Source: Squalus acanthias (taxonomy: Eukaryota). Taken from it: a DNA stretch of 64,000 nt. Positions within the stretch are counted from its first letter, which is position 1; each line of letters begins with the position of its first letter. The notes under the pieces are model-generated. The model had not been told where the DNA came from. It worked only from the letters and a program-made list of their open reading frames with translations, and ran no database searches. The position numbers and the translations under genes were made by a program. The stretch is from assembly GCA_030390025.1 (NCBI GenBank), contig CM059431.1, positions 130,388,001 to 130,452,000 of the forward strand, read 5' to 3'. This document shows, in pieces, positions 26,200 through 38,222 of the stretch.

Positions 26200-26432
26200 C
26201 CTCCCTTTCAGCTGCCTAGGCTCTAAGCTCTGAAATCCTCTCCCTAAACCTCTCCACCTCTCTACCTCTCTCTCCTCCTTTCAGACGCTCCATAAAACCT
26301 ACCTCTTTGACCAAGCTTTTGGTCCTAATATTTTCATATGTGGCTCGGTGTCAAATTTTGTGTGATAATGCACCTGTGAAGCACCTTGGGTCGTTTCACT
26401 ACATTAAAGGCGCTATATAAATGTAAGCTGAA
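26200..26432 (+). mobile_element. L2-clade LINE 3' end
   Basis: TAAAACCTACCTCTTTGACCAAGCTTTTGG..GTGAAGCACCTTGGG..AAAGGCGCTATATAAATG. Confidence 0.75.
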
Positions 26433-26448
26433 ATTGTTTGGATTTATT

Positions 26449-27186
26449 GGGCCAAATCTTGCTGGAGGAGGGCATCTCATGGTGTACACCATTAGTTTGA
26501 CTTTTTCCTGCACCCTTCAGCTCGAAATTGTTTAGCCCAGTAACTTGCTGGAAGTGCGAGCTGATAAGGGTGCGGCGAGGGCAATGGGGAATGTGGAATC
26601 TTAGTGAACGGTGGGACCAACAGTCTATCACCTTTACCAATGAGATTTAAGGATTCAGAAAGAAACAGATGAACAATGGAGAAGGAGGATGAATTAGAGT
26701 CAAATCAGGTACAGAAAGAGAAATAAAGAGAGGAAAAGAAAGATTGCGTTAAGAGAGAGAGAGTGAGAAAAGAGACAGAAAGGAAAAGTAAGAAAATGTT
26801 TTAATTCGTTTTTAAATCCCTAAGAAGAATTTACTACATGCATGAATGAGACTGAACAGTTTAAATTATTCCCTTTCTGGGCCAGAGTGGTTGATTGGTT
26901 CATTAAAAGAGTACTTGTGCTCTTAATTACCAGCCCTGACTTTCTGTGGTGAGTTTAATGAGTAATTAATGTGCAAATCTAGCAAGTACTTAAAAATAAC
27001 CGGGAGGCTAAGAGCGAGATGCTGTTTGTGCGAGGTTAACGGAGGAGTGACATAAAGCGACCAGCAAGTTCTGGAGGTTCGCAACTCCGAGCGTATCTCT
27101 TAATCCCCTGAACCTGCTGGCCGATTGCGCGTTAATAACGGTCTGCGTCGTTAAGACGCCATTATTTTTCCAGCAAGAGTTGGCCT
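26449..27186. mobile_element. Harbinger-type MITE (738 bp)
   Basis: TIRs GGGCCAAATCTTGCTGGA and rc AGGCCAACTCTTGCTGGA; TSD ATT/ATT. Confidence 0.85.
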
Positions 27187-28645
27187 ATTATGATTATAAT
27201 GGTGACTTGTGAGAGTACTGTGGATGAGTCTGTCAGAAATATTTTCATGTCTGATTTTTATTAATATGTATTTCTTTTCCTCTGAAAGGTTCTGCCTAAT
27301 AGCATCCACAAAATAAGATGAGTGAGAAGTACTTGTACATAGCTGCAGAGAAACTCCAACAAGGTGCCAAATACATTAGTGAGGGACCTTCTCTTTAAAT
27401 TCAAAACATTCAGTCAGTCCATGAATATACATAGTCAAAACTTGAAAGATCCAAATATATGAGCAGGATCTTTCACACCACATATCAGCTTAAACTGTTA
27501 TGGGATGTAGCGACACTTGCTAAAATATGGCTTTGCATGAATTGTATCAGTTCGATGACTAATGTATAAAGTAAAATAAGTTTATTTGTTAAAAAGTGTT
27601 CTTTTTATTGTTTCTTCCCACAACCATGAATAACTGTTTCCTACACTATATGAAATGTTTGATTCGCATACTCCAAATTAATTAGAGCTTCAAATCAAGT
27701 TCAAAACAAACGTGATTGATAATAACTAATTTACAATCTCCTTTCCAAATAAAATAATTGTTTCATCATCTGAGCCTTGATCGTTTTGCTGCAATTGATT
27801 ATGGATACAACAAGCAGGTAAATAATTATTACAATTAAGATGCAAAAAGTGCTTATTTTTGCCTGATTGTTACAAATGTTCAGTAGTTGGCTCAAGTTCT
27901 GATTTCCTTGCAAGTTATATATTAATGAAGCATGCTGAACTGTTTGCATGCAGAAAATTAAAGAGTGCAGTGTATGATGGAGCTTGCGGTTTGTGATCAT
28001 AGCTGCTGCTGAATCATCTAAAATACAAGGGTAAGGCCATTCAAAGCTGCATTGCTCTCTAAGAAAGGGTTTCTCTCAAGTTTAACATGGGTCAGATCAG
28101 CTTTTTTTAAATGAGATCAGTTAATCTCCTGTGGCTCTGGAGTCTGGAGCCTGGTTGTGATGCTTAGCATGGTCTCTTCCAAGCTGGAGAATGGTGCACA
28201 TGGAAATCCAAAGAGCAGAGCCCAGCAAGGGAGGGGAGGGAGATGGGGGCCAGGGATCACAATACAGTGGGTGTAGGGACATCTGGTAGAAGCTGCGGCC
28301 AGAGTACAGCAGAAAGGATCAGGAGGAATGCACAGGGGCAAAGGTGGAGTAGAGCATACTTTTGGGCAGAAGGGGGCCAAAGGAGCAGTGTGCAGAGCAC
28401 ACTGGGGGTCAGAATGGAAGGGAGAACTGTAGGGAAATTAGACCAAAGAACGGAGCACAGCACAGAAAGGAGTTCAGGGAGTAGAACACAATCTGAGGCA
28501 TTGAGGACGAAAAAGAGAAATAGAATAAAATTAAATAATGGTTTACCTGTTCAATAGGCCTAGGAATGCAGAAAACACTGGTGTCAAATGCTCTGAGAAT
28601 TTTTATGGATCAGATTTCTAATCAGAAAGCTATATCTGAGAGAAT

Positions 28646-30412
28646 GGCCAGAATTTTCCGGGGTGGTCGCGGGCGCGATCGATGGTGGGTCGGGTGAGAA
28701 AGTTGTTATTTTTGACAGCGGGTCAGGAACCCACTGTCATCTCGCTCCCACGCACTTTTCCCCCAGGCGCATCTGTCATCGTGGAGCCGACCCGACCAGC
28801 AGTTGCGGGGGACCCAAGTGAGATGATTATTAGGTAGCTTACAGACACTTAAGAGCCTTTTTTCACTTATTTTAAAATTTCCCTGAATGGCCACAGGATT
28901 CATACAGCTCTGGAACCACGTCTGTCAACCTGAGGCGGGAGTTCCAAGGCCATTGCTCCAGCTGATTACTTGACAGCATCAAATGTACAGTGAAAGCTCC
29001 CACCTGACAGATGATCACTTTCCTCAGGCAGAAGTTGTTGCTCAGTCCATTTCCAGCACAGATTCTGCAGGCTGCAAATGTTTCCAGCAAAGACTCCATC
29101 CAGTGTCACCTCATTGGAAGAACTCTCTCACCATTGACAGAATGCTTCTGTCATCTGTACTTCACCTGCCATCTATTCCATCAACATGGGCGCCGTTTAT
29201 ACTGTCTCACCTTGGTCCTCAGGATCGGACCACGATGAGCCCCAACACCAGCAGCATCAGGCACACCAGCAGCACCAACAACAACACCAACCTTCTCCGC
29301 AATCACCTGACGCTGCACAGGACACAGGGCATCAGGACCTGAGCACATTGCTGCCCGGGAGGCCAGGGATGGCCTCATCATGGCCAGATTTAGTTAACTT
29401 TACGCTGTACACCCATATGGCTGCCACATGATGCGCCAGGTTGGCACCACACCACACCAACACCATAAAGCATTCCTACAATGACCAAGCCATTCCTTTC
29501 CCACTCATCACCATTACAGGGGTACCGTTATGTCTCATCATTTACTGCAACTCACTAAGCCAATTCCAAAGGTGCACACAAATCTGTCCAAGACCAGAAA
29601 ATGTTGAAAATAATTTTTTTTATGTTTGACACCATATTAACAGAAATTTTGCAAAAACATTGGATAAAACACCCAAGTGCCTACCCTTGTGAGTTAGTTG
29701 GTATGATTGCACTAGGATGAGGGTGAGTGTGAGGGGTGGCTAGTGAGATGAGGATGTGATTTATAGATACAGAGAGAGGGATGGGTGGATGTGCAAGGTA
29801 TTTTGGTGTGAGTAAGGATGTGCAGGAGTAGGGTTGGGAAGGCAGAGTGATGTGGATGTGATGAGAGGCACAGCAGGATGCAGTTGAGTGTGGCTTTGTA
29901 CTAACGTTTCCTGATCTAATGAGATAATTGAAACGTTTGCGGCACTGCACCCAGGTCCTCCTGATCACATCCCTGCTTGTGACCTCCTCTGCAATCTGCA
30001 ACCAGGCTGTCTTGGTCTCCTGGGGAGGTCGCTCCCGCCCATCGGAAGGGAAGAGGACCTCCCTGTGTGGAGCATATGGAGGGAGTCATCGGAGAACCTG
30101 GGTGCAGACCTCTGCCTCTGTGCAGTCATTGTCAGTGTTTGCAACACTCCAGTGCTGTAGTGTACTGACAGCACTATGTTAGATGAAACTTCAAATGCAA
30201 TGTGGCCATGGTTCCTTTAAAGATTATGGCTGAAAACGCGTCGTGAATGACATCACCTGCATCTCATTGGGCCGGGTAACGCGCTGGGCGGGCTTAATAG
30301 GCTCCATTAAGGTAAGTTCATTTTCAACAGCGGGATGGAGCCAGCAGCGGGGTCGCGACCTGACATGGCCACCGCCCGCACTGGACCCGCCCATGTCAAG
30401 AAAATTCCGGCC
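28646..30412 (+). mobile_element. Non-autonomous Harbinger deletion derivative (1.77 kb), copy 2
   Basis: TIRs GGCCAGAATTTTC and rc GGCCGGAATTTTC; TSD AAT/AAT; collinear with 10598-12302; minus-strand QIAEEVTSRDVIRRTWVQCRKRFNYL. Confidence 0.9.
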
Positions 30413-31160
30413 AATGTTTTTGTTTTTCTTTATCCAATTAGCAAATTGTGATTCCCTTACTCCCTGTTTCTAAGCCTGCCCCCCATATCCAGTACGGTAT
30501 ATACTGTCCACGCTCAGCTCCCCCTCACCCCACGCTTTCCTCCATGCCCCAAACCCGGACTTATCTGAGGGCACAAAGCCCAAATTCAATCCCCGCCGTC
30601 AATTGAGCTGCCTCTGCAGGCACAACATGCACCAGCTCCTCGCTCCTATTATTAAAATGAAATGGGTCCAAACAAATTTCCAACCCACACTTTCAAGCGT
30701 GACAGTTTGAGGTTAAGTGGATGTTTGATGCTAGCCTTTTACATTTTACTGGATGTAACTGCATCTAAACCAACTGTTTAAACATTTTGAAAGTTAATAT
30801 TGGAAAGCACTGGGTGAGTAAGCCATCAAGTTCATTTTCAACATAAAACATGTTTTATGCTAAAAATTTATGTAAGGATTATTTGCATTGTAGCATATAC
30901 TCTGTGCATAAAGCAAAGTAGTGGAAATGTTGGGGGGAAAAGATAGCTACAGCAGTAGCTAATTTTGCATTCCTTATTTACAGCAGTCCCATAGCCAGTA
31001 TGTTCGGTTAGTAATTCGAAAGATCGACTAATTCAGTAAGTTATGATGCGACTAACCTATCAAATCATCACTAAATGCAATCTTTGGTACAGTTATCATT
31101 ATTACTGGCTGCTCACAAAATAGCAATGCAATTGTTATGGAGGAAAGTAGTGTGCCAGCT

Positions 31161-31902
31161 CAGCTGGTGTATTGCGTCTAATTCTGGTCACCACACTTTA
31201 GGAAGGATGTGAAGGCCCTTGAGAGGATGCAGAGGAGATTTACCAGAATGGTTCCGGGGATGGGGGATCTTAGTTACAAGGACAGTGTGCTAGTACAGTT
31301 TTAAAGAGTGTGCAGGGACAGAGGGGCCTGGGAGTTAATGTGCATAGGTCCCTGAAGGTGGCAGGACATATTGAGAGAGTGGTTAGCAAAGCATATGGGA
31401 TCTTGGGCTTCATAAATAGAGGTATTAAGTACAAAAGTAGAGAAGTTATGTTGAACCTTTATAAAGCACTGGTTAGGCCACAACTGGAGTATTGCATCCA
31501 GTTCTGGTCACCACACTTTAGGAAGGATGTGAAGGCCCTTGAGAGGGTGCAGAGGAGATTTACCAGAATGGTTCCGGGGATGGGGGATCTTAGTTACAAG
31601 GACAGGTTGGAGAAGCTGGATTTGTTTTCTTTAGAGCAAAGGAGGTTGAGGGGTGATTTGATAGAGGTGTACAAGATTATGACGGGTTTGGATAGGCTAG
31701 ACGGGGAACGGCTGTTCCCACTAGTTGATGGTACAAGGACTAGGGGACACAGATTTAAGGTTTTGGGCAAGAGATACAGGGGTGATGTGAGGAAAAACTT
31801 TTTTACGCAGTGAGTGGTGAGGACCTGGAATTCGCTGCCGACGGAAGTGGTGGAAACAGAAACACTCCGTGTTTTCAAGGGGAGATTGGATAGGCACTTG
31901 AG
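31161..31902 (+). mobile_element. CR1 LINE RT C-terminal fragment preceded by a copy of its own internal segment
   Basis: ORF 31310..31813 (LYKALVRPQLEYCIQFWSP..TRGHRFK); 31161-31285 nearly identical to 31481-31605. Confidence 0.88.
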
Positions 31903-32829
31903 ACAGTATGACTCAGCATTGTTTTCTTTCATTATCCGACCACATTCAGACAGTGTGTCAGCTCAACAGTCTTTCCTGCAGTTATCCTGTATCATAAATG
32001 CTGTATGGCAGCTTGGACTCTTTCCTGTCATTATCCCATATCTTACTTACAGTGCATCAGCTCAGCACTCCTTTCTGCCATTATCCTGGAAGCTGTTTTC
32101 TTGCACCTTGCTGTGCATAAAGGGCTTGTGCTGCAACTACACTTTAATTCTTTTTCTTCCTTCAGCTGTGCTATTGTCAGTGCATGAATAGGGAAAAGAT
32201 TTTGAAATCACCAGCTAACTCAATAACTTCAGATTTGATTGTGCCTTCTTCGTGATCTTTTCAATTACTGAGAGTTTTTTTTTTCATTTTGAAGGCCGGA
32301 ATTTTCCTGTTGCCGAGCGTGCGGGTTTGGGGGTGGGTCGGCAGTAAAAATCCCGGAAATTGCGAGCGCGTCGGGAACCCGCCGTCTTGTGCACTTAACT
32401 CGAGCGGCTTTGAAGGCGCAACAAGGACCCGCTCAGCAGAGGCGGGCGACCTCATTGAAGCCATTAACTGCTTGTCGAGAGACCCTTAAGAGGGTTTTTA
32501 ACACCAGCTTTTGACTTTTACTGCAGGAGCACGGGATTCACGCAGCTCGGGTACCTCACCTGTGAAGGGGAAGCGGAAACTCAGTGGCCATTGGCGAGTC
32601 CATTCATTGAGAGCTAGGAAAAGCACATAAATACTGCAACATCACACCTCATTACTTGCCTCATGGAAAGGCTGTTGCTCACTCCATTTTGTCCAGAGAT
32701 TTAGGTGCCAGCAGTTTGCAGGTCATTTCTGAAACCTCGGCAGCCAATCTCACACATTGCTACTCAGTATCACAACATTGAGGGATTGGCCCTTTGATCT
32801 CCACTTTACCTGCCATCTACTACATCAGC

Positions 32830-33971
32830 ATGGGTGCCGCTTATAATGTCTCACCTTGGTCCTCCACCACCAGCAGCAGCAGGCACTCCAGCACGGCAGC
32901 AATCACAATAGCAGCCTTCTCCTCAACGACTTGATGCTCCACAGGAGAGAGGGGGGCACCACAGGGCTGTGGTGCACCAGGGGCGATACCCCCAACACAG
33001 GGTATACAGGCAGAGGATGAGCTTCTTCAACATGACTGATCAGCAGTGCTTCAGGAGGCTAAGGCTATTGCGCCCAAGTCGTCACAGACATTTGTAGCTT
33101 GCTGGAACAAGACCTGCTGCCCAGAGGTTCTGGTGGACACTCCTTACCAGTAGCTGTCAAAGTCACCACTGCCCTCAACTTCTTTGCCTCAGGCTCCTTC
33201 CAGGATTCTGCAGCAGACATTTGCAGGATCTCGCAGTCGGCCGTCCACAGATGCATCACCCAGGTGACCAATGCCATGTTTCACAAGTCAGCCAATGATA
33301 TCAATTTTGCCACTGATGAAGCCAGTGTTACTGAGCGGGCGCTCGGCTTTGCGGCTCTAGCTGACTTCCCACAGGTGCAGGGCATCATCAACTACACACA
33401 TGTGCCAATGAAGGCACCCCATCATCACCCAGGAGTGTTTGTGAAGTGCAAGGGCTTCCACTCCCTCAATGTGAAGCTTGTCTGCAACCACAAAAAGATG
33501 ATTATGCATGTGTGCGCCAAATTCCCTGGCAGCTGTCATGACTCTTTCGTGCTCCGCCAGTCCACCCTCCCTCAGCTCTTCACACCTCCAAACAGACTTA
33601 CCGGCTGGCAACTTGGAGACAAGGGCTATCTACTGAAGATGTGGCGCATGACACCCTTGAGGCGTTATAATGAGTCACATGTCAACCAGATGTGTCATAG
33701 AGCAAGCAATAGGAATGCTGAAGATGCGCTTCAGATGCCTTGACAGATCTGGAGGAGCCCTGCTGTATGCACCAGCCAGGGTCTCCAGAATCATTGCTCT
33801 GAGCTCCATAACATAGCACAGCAGCGAGGATTGGAGCTGCAGGAGGAGCAAGGCGCAGAGCGCACAGTCTCTTCAGAGGAGGAGCAGGAGGAGGAACCTG
33901 AGGTAGAGATGGCACCAGCAGTGGCTGAGATTGCTGCCTGGGATGGCCTCATCACAGCCAGATTTACTTAA
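32830..33971 (+). pseudogene. Harbinger (HARBI1-like, DDE_Tnp_4) transposase pseudogene
   Basis: ORF 33099..33743 [49 protein letters not shown], then frameshift to [16 protein letters not shown]; the first catalytic Asp motif IDCTH reads INYTH. Confidence 0.9.
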
Positions 33972-34200
33972 CTGGCTCCAATACAGCCACAAGGCTGCCA
34001 CATGCTGTACTAAGTTCTCCCCCCCCCCCCCCCCCAACAACACCATAAAGCATCCTTACAGTGACCAAGCCATTCCTCCCCACCAAACCACCAGTGCTCG
34101 AGGTTAAGTAATGTCTCACGATTCACTCTAAGTGACAAAACCACTTCCAAGGCAGCAGGCAAAAATGGACAAATCCGGAAAGTGGTGCAAAGAAATACAT

Positions 34201-34627
34201 GTACTCATTAGAGTTTAGAAGAATGAGAGGTGATCTTATTGAAACATATAAGATTCTGAGGGGGCTTGACAGGGTAGATGCAAGGAGGATGTTTCCCCTC
34301 ATGGGGGAATCTAGAACTAGGGGGCATAGTTTCAGGATAAGGGGTCGCCCATTTAAAATGGAGATGAGAGGAATTTCTTCTCTCAGAGGGTCGTGAATCT
34401 TTGGAATTGTCTACCCCAGAGAGCTGTAGAGGCGGAGTCATTGAATATATTCAAGGTGGACATAGACAGATATTTGAGCTATAGAGGTGTCAAGGGTTAT
34501 GGGGAGTGGGCAGGAAAGTGGCGTTGAGGCCAAGATCAGATCAGCCATGATCTTATTGAATGGCGGGGCAGGCTCGAGAGGCCGAATGGCCTACTCCTGC
34601 TCCTATTTCTTATGTTCTTATGTTCTT
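34201..34627 (+). mobile_element. CR1 LINE 3' fragment inserted in the Harbinger
   Basis: YSLEFRRMRGDLIETYKIL..TRGHSF, 3'UTR and (TTCTTATG)n tail; same subfamily as 20806-21583. Confidence 0.88.
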
Positions 34628-35779
34628 TATGTGTGTCATCAAAATGACTGAAACTTAACACTAACATTTTTTCATACACCCATGTGTGTACCCTTGTGCA
34701 TCTACTTTTGTGCCTTTTTTCTTTTCTGAGTGCTTCTACGAGGTGCAACCCCTGTGGCTTCAGCAGACGTAGAGGCAGCCTGCTCACTTCCCTGCTGCGA
34801 CTCATTAGACACTTTTGGCGGACATCCTCTAGGTTTTATAGCCTGAGATGGCCCCGCCAAAGTCTGCTCCTGCAACTGTGCCATTGGGCAGACTCGGCCA
34901 TTGGGATCCAAGGAAGCATGTGGGGCTCTGACTGAGGAGGAGGCAACAGGGGAGAAATGGGAGCACTTTGAAAAGAGACCCCACTTCCATGTCCCCTCTC
35001 ACCATCATCCCTCTCATAGGCCACCCGCACTTCCCTGCTAACAAGGAGTTGGAGAGCACCTTGCTGCACAGCAGTGTGGTGATGAACGCCCAAGTCTACG
35101 TTTATATCCCTCCTAGAGATGAGGTCTATGAGCCTCTGCTATCTGTTGTCCACAGCAAGCATGTGCTTCACCTGCCCCATATCTTTAGCAAACCTAGGGT
35201 CGAACAAAAAAAAAAGCTCTCATCAATGGAATAAAAATAAAATATGCTGGAAATACACAACAGGTAAACAGCATCTGTAAAGAGAAAAGATGGTTTAAAG
35301 TTTTGGGGTAGATCCTTCTTTGGAAGTGAAAAACTTTCAATAAATAGTGACAAAGTCTCAGTAAAAAAGTGACAAACTCTGCAGTTAAAAATAACAAATT
35401 CCCACAGTAGAAAAGATGGGCCTGCACAATAAAAACTGATAAACTCTGCTTTCATGACCATAGATGTCTTTTTGAAGGTTCTGCAGGGACCAACCTGAAA
35501 TAAATTTACAGAATTGTTTATTCTCACCACATTAAAAATCTATCATCTTTATGAAATAGAAACATGTTATGAAAATTACCAGAATATATAATTTTTAATA
35601 TGAAACTCCATGGACAGCCAGTAATACACATGATAGTATGTGCTGGGAGAGGGGAGAGGCATTTGGAAGCAGTGTGTAAATTTTTTAATTTACTGCCTAC
35701 ATCCCTATAATTGGTTATGACCAATTAGCAGATATAAAGTGGATGTGACTAATTGGACAAAAGGGTGGCGATCTGTTAC

Positions 35780-36610
35780 GATAATTACAGATGAGGAAGG
35801 CCATTCCGCCCATCTTAATTCATCCATCCATTGTTTCTTTAATGATTCTAGAATTTTAGCCTCCACTATTCTAACCGCAATTTTATTCCACATGTACATC
35901 ACTCTTTGCATGAAGAAGAATTTCCTGATATCAATTTTAAATTTACCTATTACTAATTTCATCAAATCATAGAATGATACAGCACAGAAGGAGGCCATTC
36001 GGTCCATCATGTCTGTGCCGGCTCTTTGAAAGAGCTATCCAATTAGTCCCACTCCCCTGCTCTTTTCCCATAGCCCTACAATTTTTTTCACTTAAAGTTT
36101 TTATCCAACTCCCTTTTGAATGTTTTTATTAAATTTGCTTCCACCACCCTTTCAGGCAGTACATTCCAGATCATAACTATGTAATTTTTTTCCTCATGTC
36201 TCCTCTGGTTGTTTTGTCAGTTAACTTAAATCTGTGTCCTCTGGTTACTGATCCTTCTGCCACTGGAAACAGTTTCTCCTTATTTACTCTATCAAAACCC
36301 TTCATAATTTTGAACATCTCTATCAAATCTGCCCTTAAGCTTCTCTGCTTCATGGAGAACACCCAACGTTTCTCTAGTCTCTCCATGTAACTGAAGTCCT
36401 TCATCCCTGGTACCATTTTAATAAATCTTGCTGCACCCTCTGTAAAGCTTTGAACCGGTGTCCCCTAGTTCTAGCTTCTTGCGTCTTTCCTCAGACCCCT
36501 AATACTGGAGATCAGCTTCATGGCTCCTGTCTGGACTGCCTCCAGTGCTTGAATGTCTCTCTTGTTTCCTGGTGACCAGAACTAGCGGCAGCATTCCAGA
36601 TATAGTTGGC
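35780..36610 (-). mobile_element. Old CR1 3' fragment interrupted by a younger CR1 (about 35965-36450, minus)
   Basis: Outer pieces match 58400-58860; the inner piece encodes MVPGMKDFSY..VTRGHRFK (ORF 36177..36416) with its own CATAGAAT tail. Confidence 0.75.
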
Positions 36611-37758
36611 CGGGGCACTATAAATTTATGCTGAATTGCCCCCCATTTAGCCTCATCCAATGTTTCAGTTGGGTTTTGTGCTCTTGTGTGAAGCATCTGC
36701 CAGTTTGCAGTTAATTATATTAAAGTGAGATCATAACAACATAATTTACGCATACATGCAATTTCCTGGTACTTCTGCTAGTGTAGTGCTTAGTCATTTA
36801 CCCGCCTGTATGAAATTGGTGCCTGGGGTGCTTGGGGGGGGCTGTTGATGGAATTGCATTTAATGATAGTCAAATTTATAGCAGTATTTTGAGGCTTTTT
36901 CTTTACTTCCGTTTCCACTTAGTTGGTCAAGGGGCTTGGTAGAAAGTATTCTGGCTCTGCTATTCTTGTAGTTTGCGCACCATATTCTGATGACGGGTTT
37001 CTCAGTGGGAACCTCCCTTATATTCTTCTTTGAGGAAGAGCAATGGAAGGTTGACAGGCAGTTCCAGCTTCACCGGGGCGGACTGCGCAACATATATATA
37101 TCCTCCATCCATATTTTCATGCAGAGGTTCACCTACTTGAAAATGTCCATGTGGAACTGGCTACACAAACGTTATATTAGCAGACAGTCAAGTCCACAGT
37201 TCTGCCATTTGCTGCAAGGACACCGTTGGGAAATACTACAGAGACAAGTTTGGATTTGCTGTCTCTTTGTCAAGAATGAGAGTTATAGACGCAGTCTTTC
37301 GCTTATAGATTTATTAGAGGAAAAGATACTCCCATCACCACACATGATGCAAAGGCTGCAGAAGACCTCGCGTTACAGTTGCGGAGTTCAACCCTGGTCT
37401 TCCCAACTATGTGTTACACTGTCTCGCTTTTATCCTTCAGATGCTCATTACCTTATGTCCTGCATTCCATAAACGTTACCCCCAGTTTACAATAACTTAC
37501 ATTAGCTCAGCTTTCCAAGACTCGCTGTCTCGTTGTTATCAGTGGGTGAAAGCTCCATGGCCTCCACTCATCTACGCTTATGGAAAGCCTTAAGACAGTA
37601 ATACAGATAAGTTTATCTACAAAGATGTTGAAGCTACACAAAGAACAGGCTTTGTTACTCTAGCTGTACAACCCATGGAGGGGCCTTGAGTGTCTCAGCT
37701 GGTTTTGGACATGTTCCAAAATGCTGTTGCCAGCAGATTCTGGAAAAGCTGTCTGTTT

Positions 37759-38222
37759 GTGTCAGCTGTGGCTCAGTGGGTAGCACCCTTGCCTCTGAGT
37801 CAGAAGGTTGTGGCTTCAAGTGGGTTCCAGAGACTTGAGCACAAAAATCTAGGCTGACACTCCAATGCAGTACTGAGGGAGTGCTGCACTGTCGGAGGTG
37901 GCGTCTTTTGGATGAGACGTTAAACCGAGGCCCTGTCTGCTCTCTCAGGTGGACGTAAAAGATCCCATGGCACTATTTCGAAGAAGAGCAGGGGAGTTAT
38001 CCCCGGTGTTCTGGCCAATATTTATCCCTCCATCAACATCACAAAAAAACAGATTATCTGGTCATTATCACATTGTTGTTTGTGGGAGCTTGCTGTGCTC
38101 AAATTGTGCCACATTTCCTACATTACTATAGTGACTACACTTCAAAAAGTACTTCATTGGCTGTAAAGCGCTTTGGGATGTCGGTGGTCGTGAAAAGCGC
38201 TTTATATAAATGCAAGTCTTTT
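37759..38222 (+). mobile_element. DeuSINE (SacSINE1-like), full length
   Basis: tRNA-like head, Deu domain and tail collinear with 16492-16951. Confidence 0.9.

Larger units (their letters stand above)
32294..35190 (+). mobile_element. Harbinger transposon, right end truncated, with a CR1 inserted at 34201-34627
   Basis: Left TIR GGCCGGAATTTTC, transposase pseudogene, then the 3' end of the Myb-like gene on the minus strand (about 34690-35190); no right TIR seen. Confidence 0.8.

Noticed and set aside
33099..33743. Domesticated HARBI1 host gene
   Set aside because: Lies inside a TIR-bounded element, is frameshifted, has a mutated catalytic motif, and related decayed copies occur nearby
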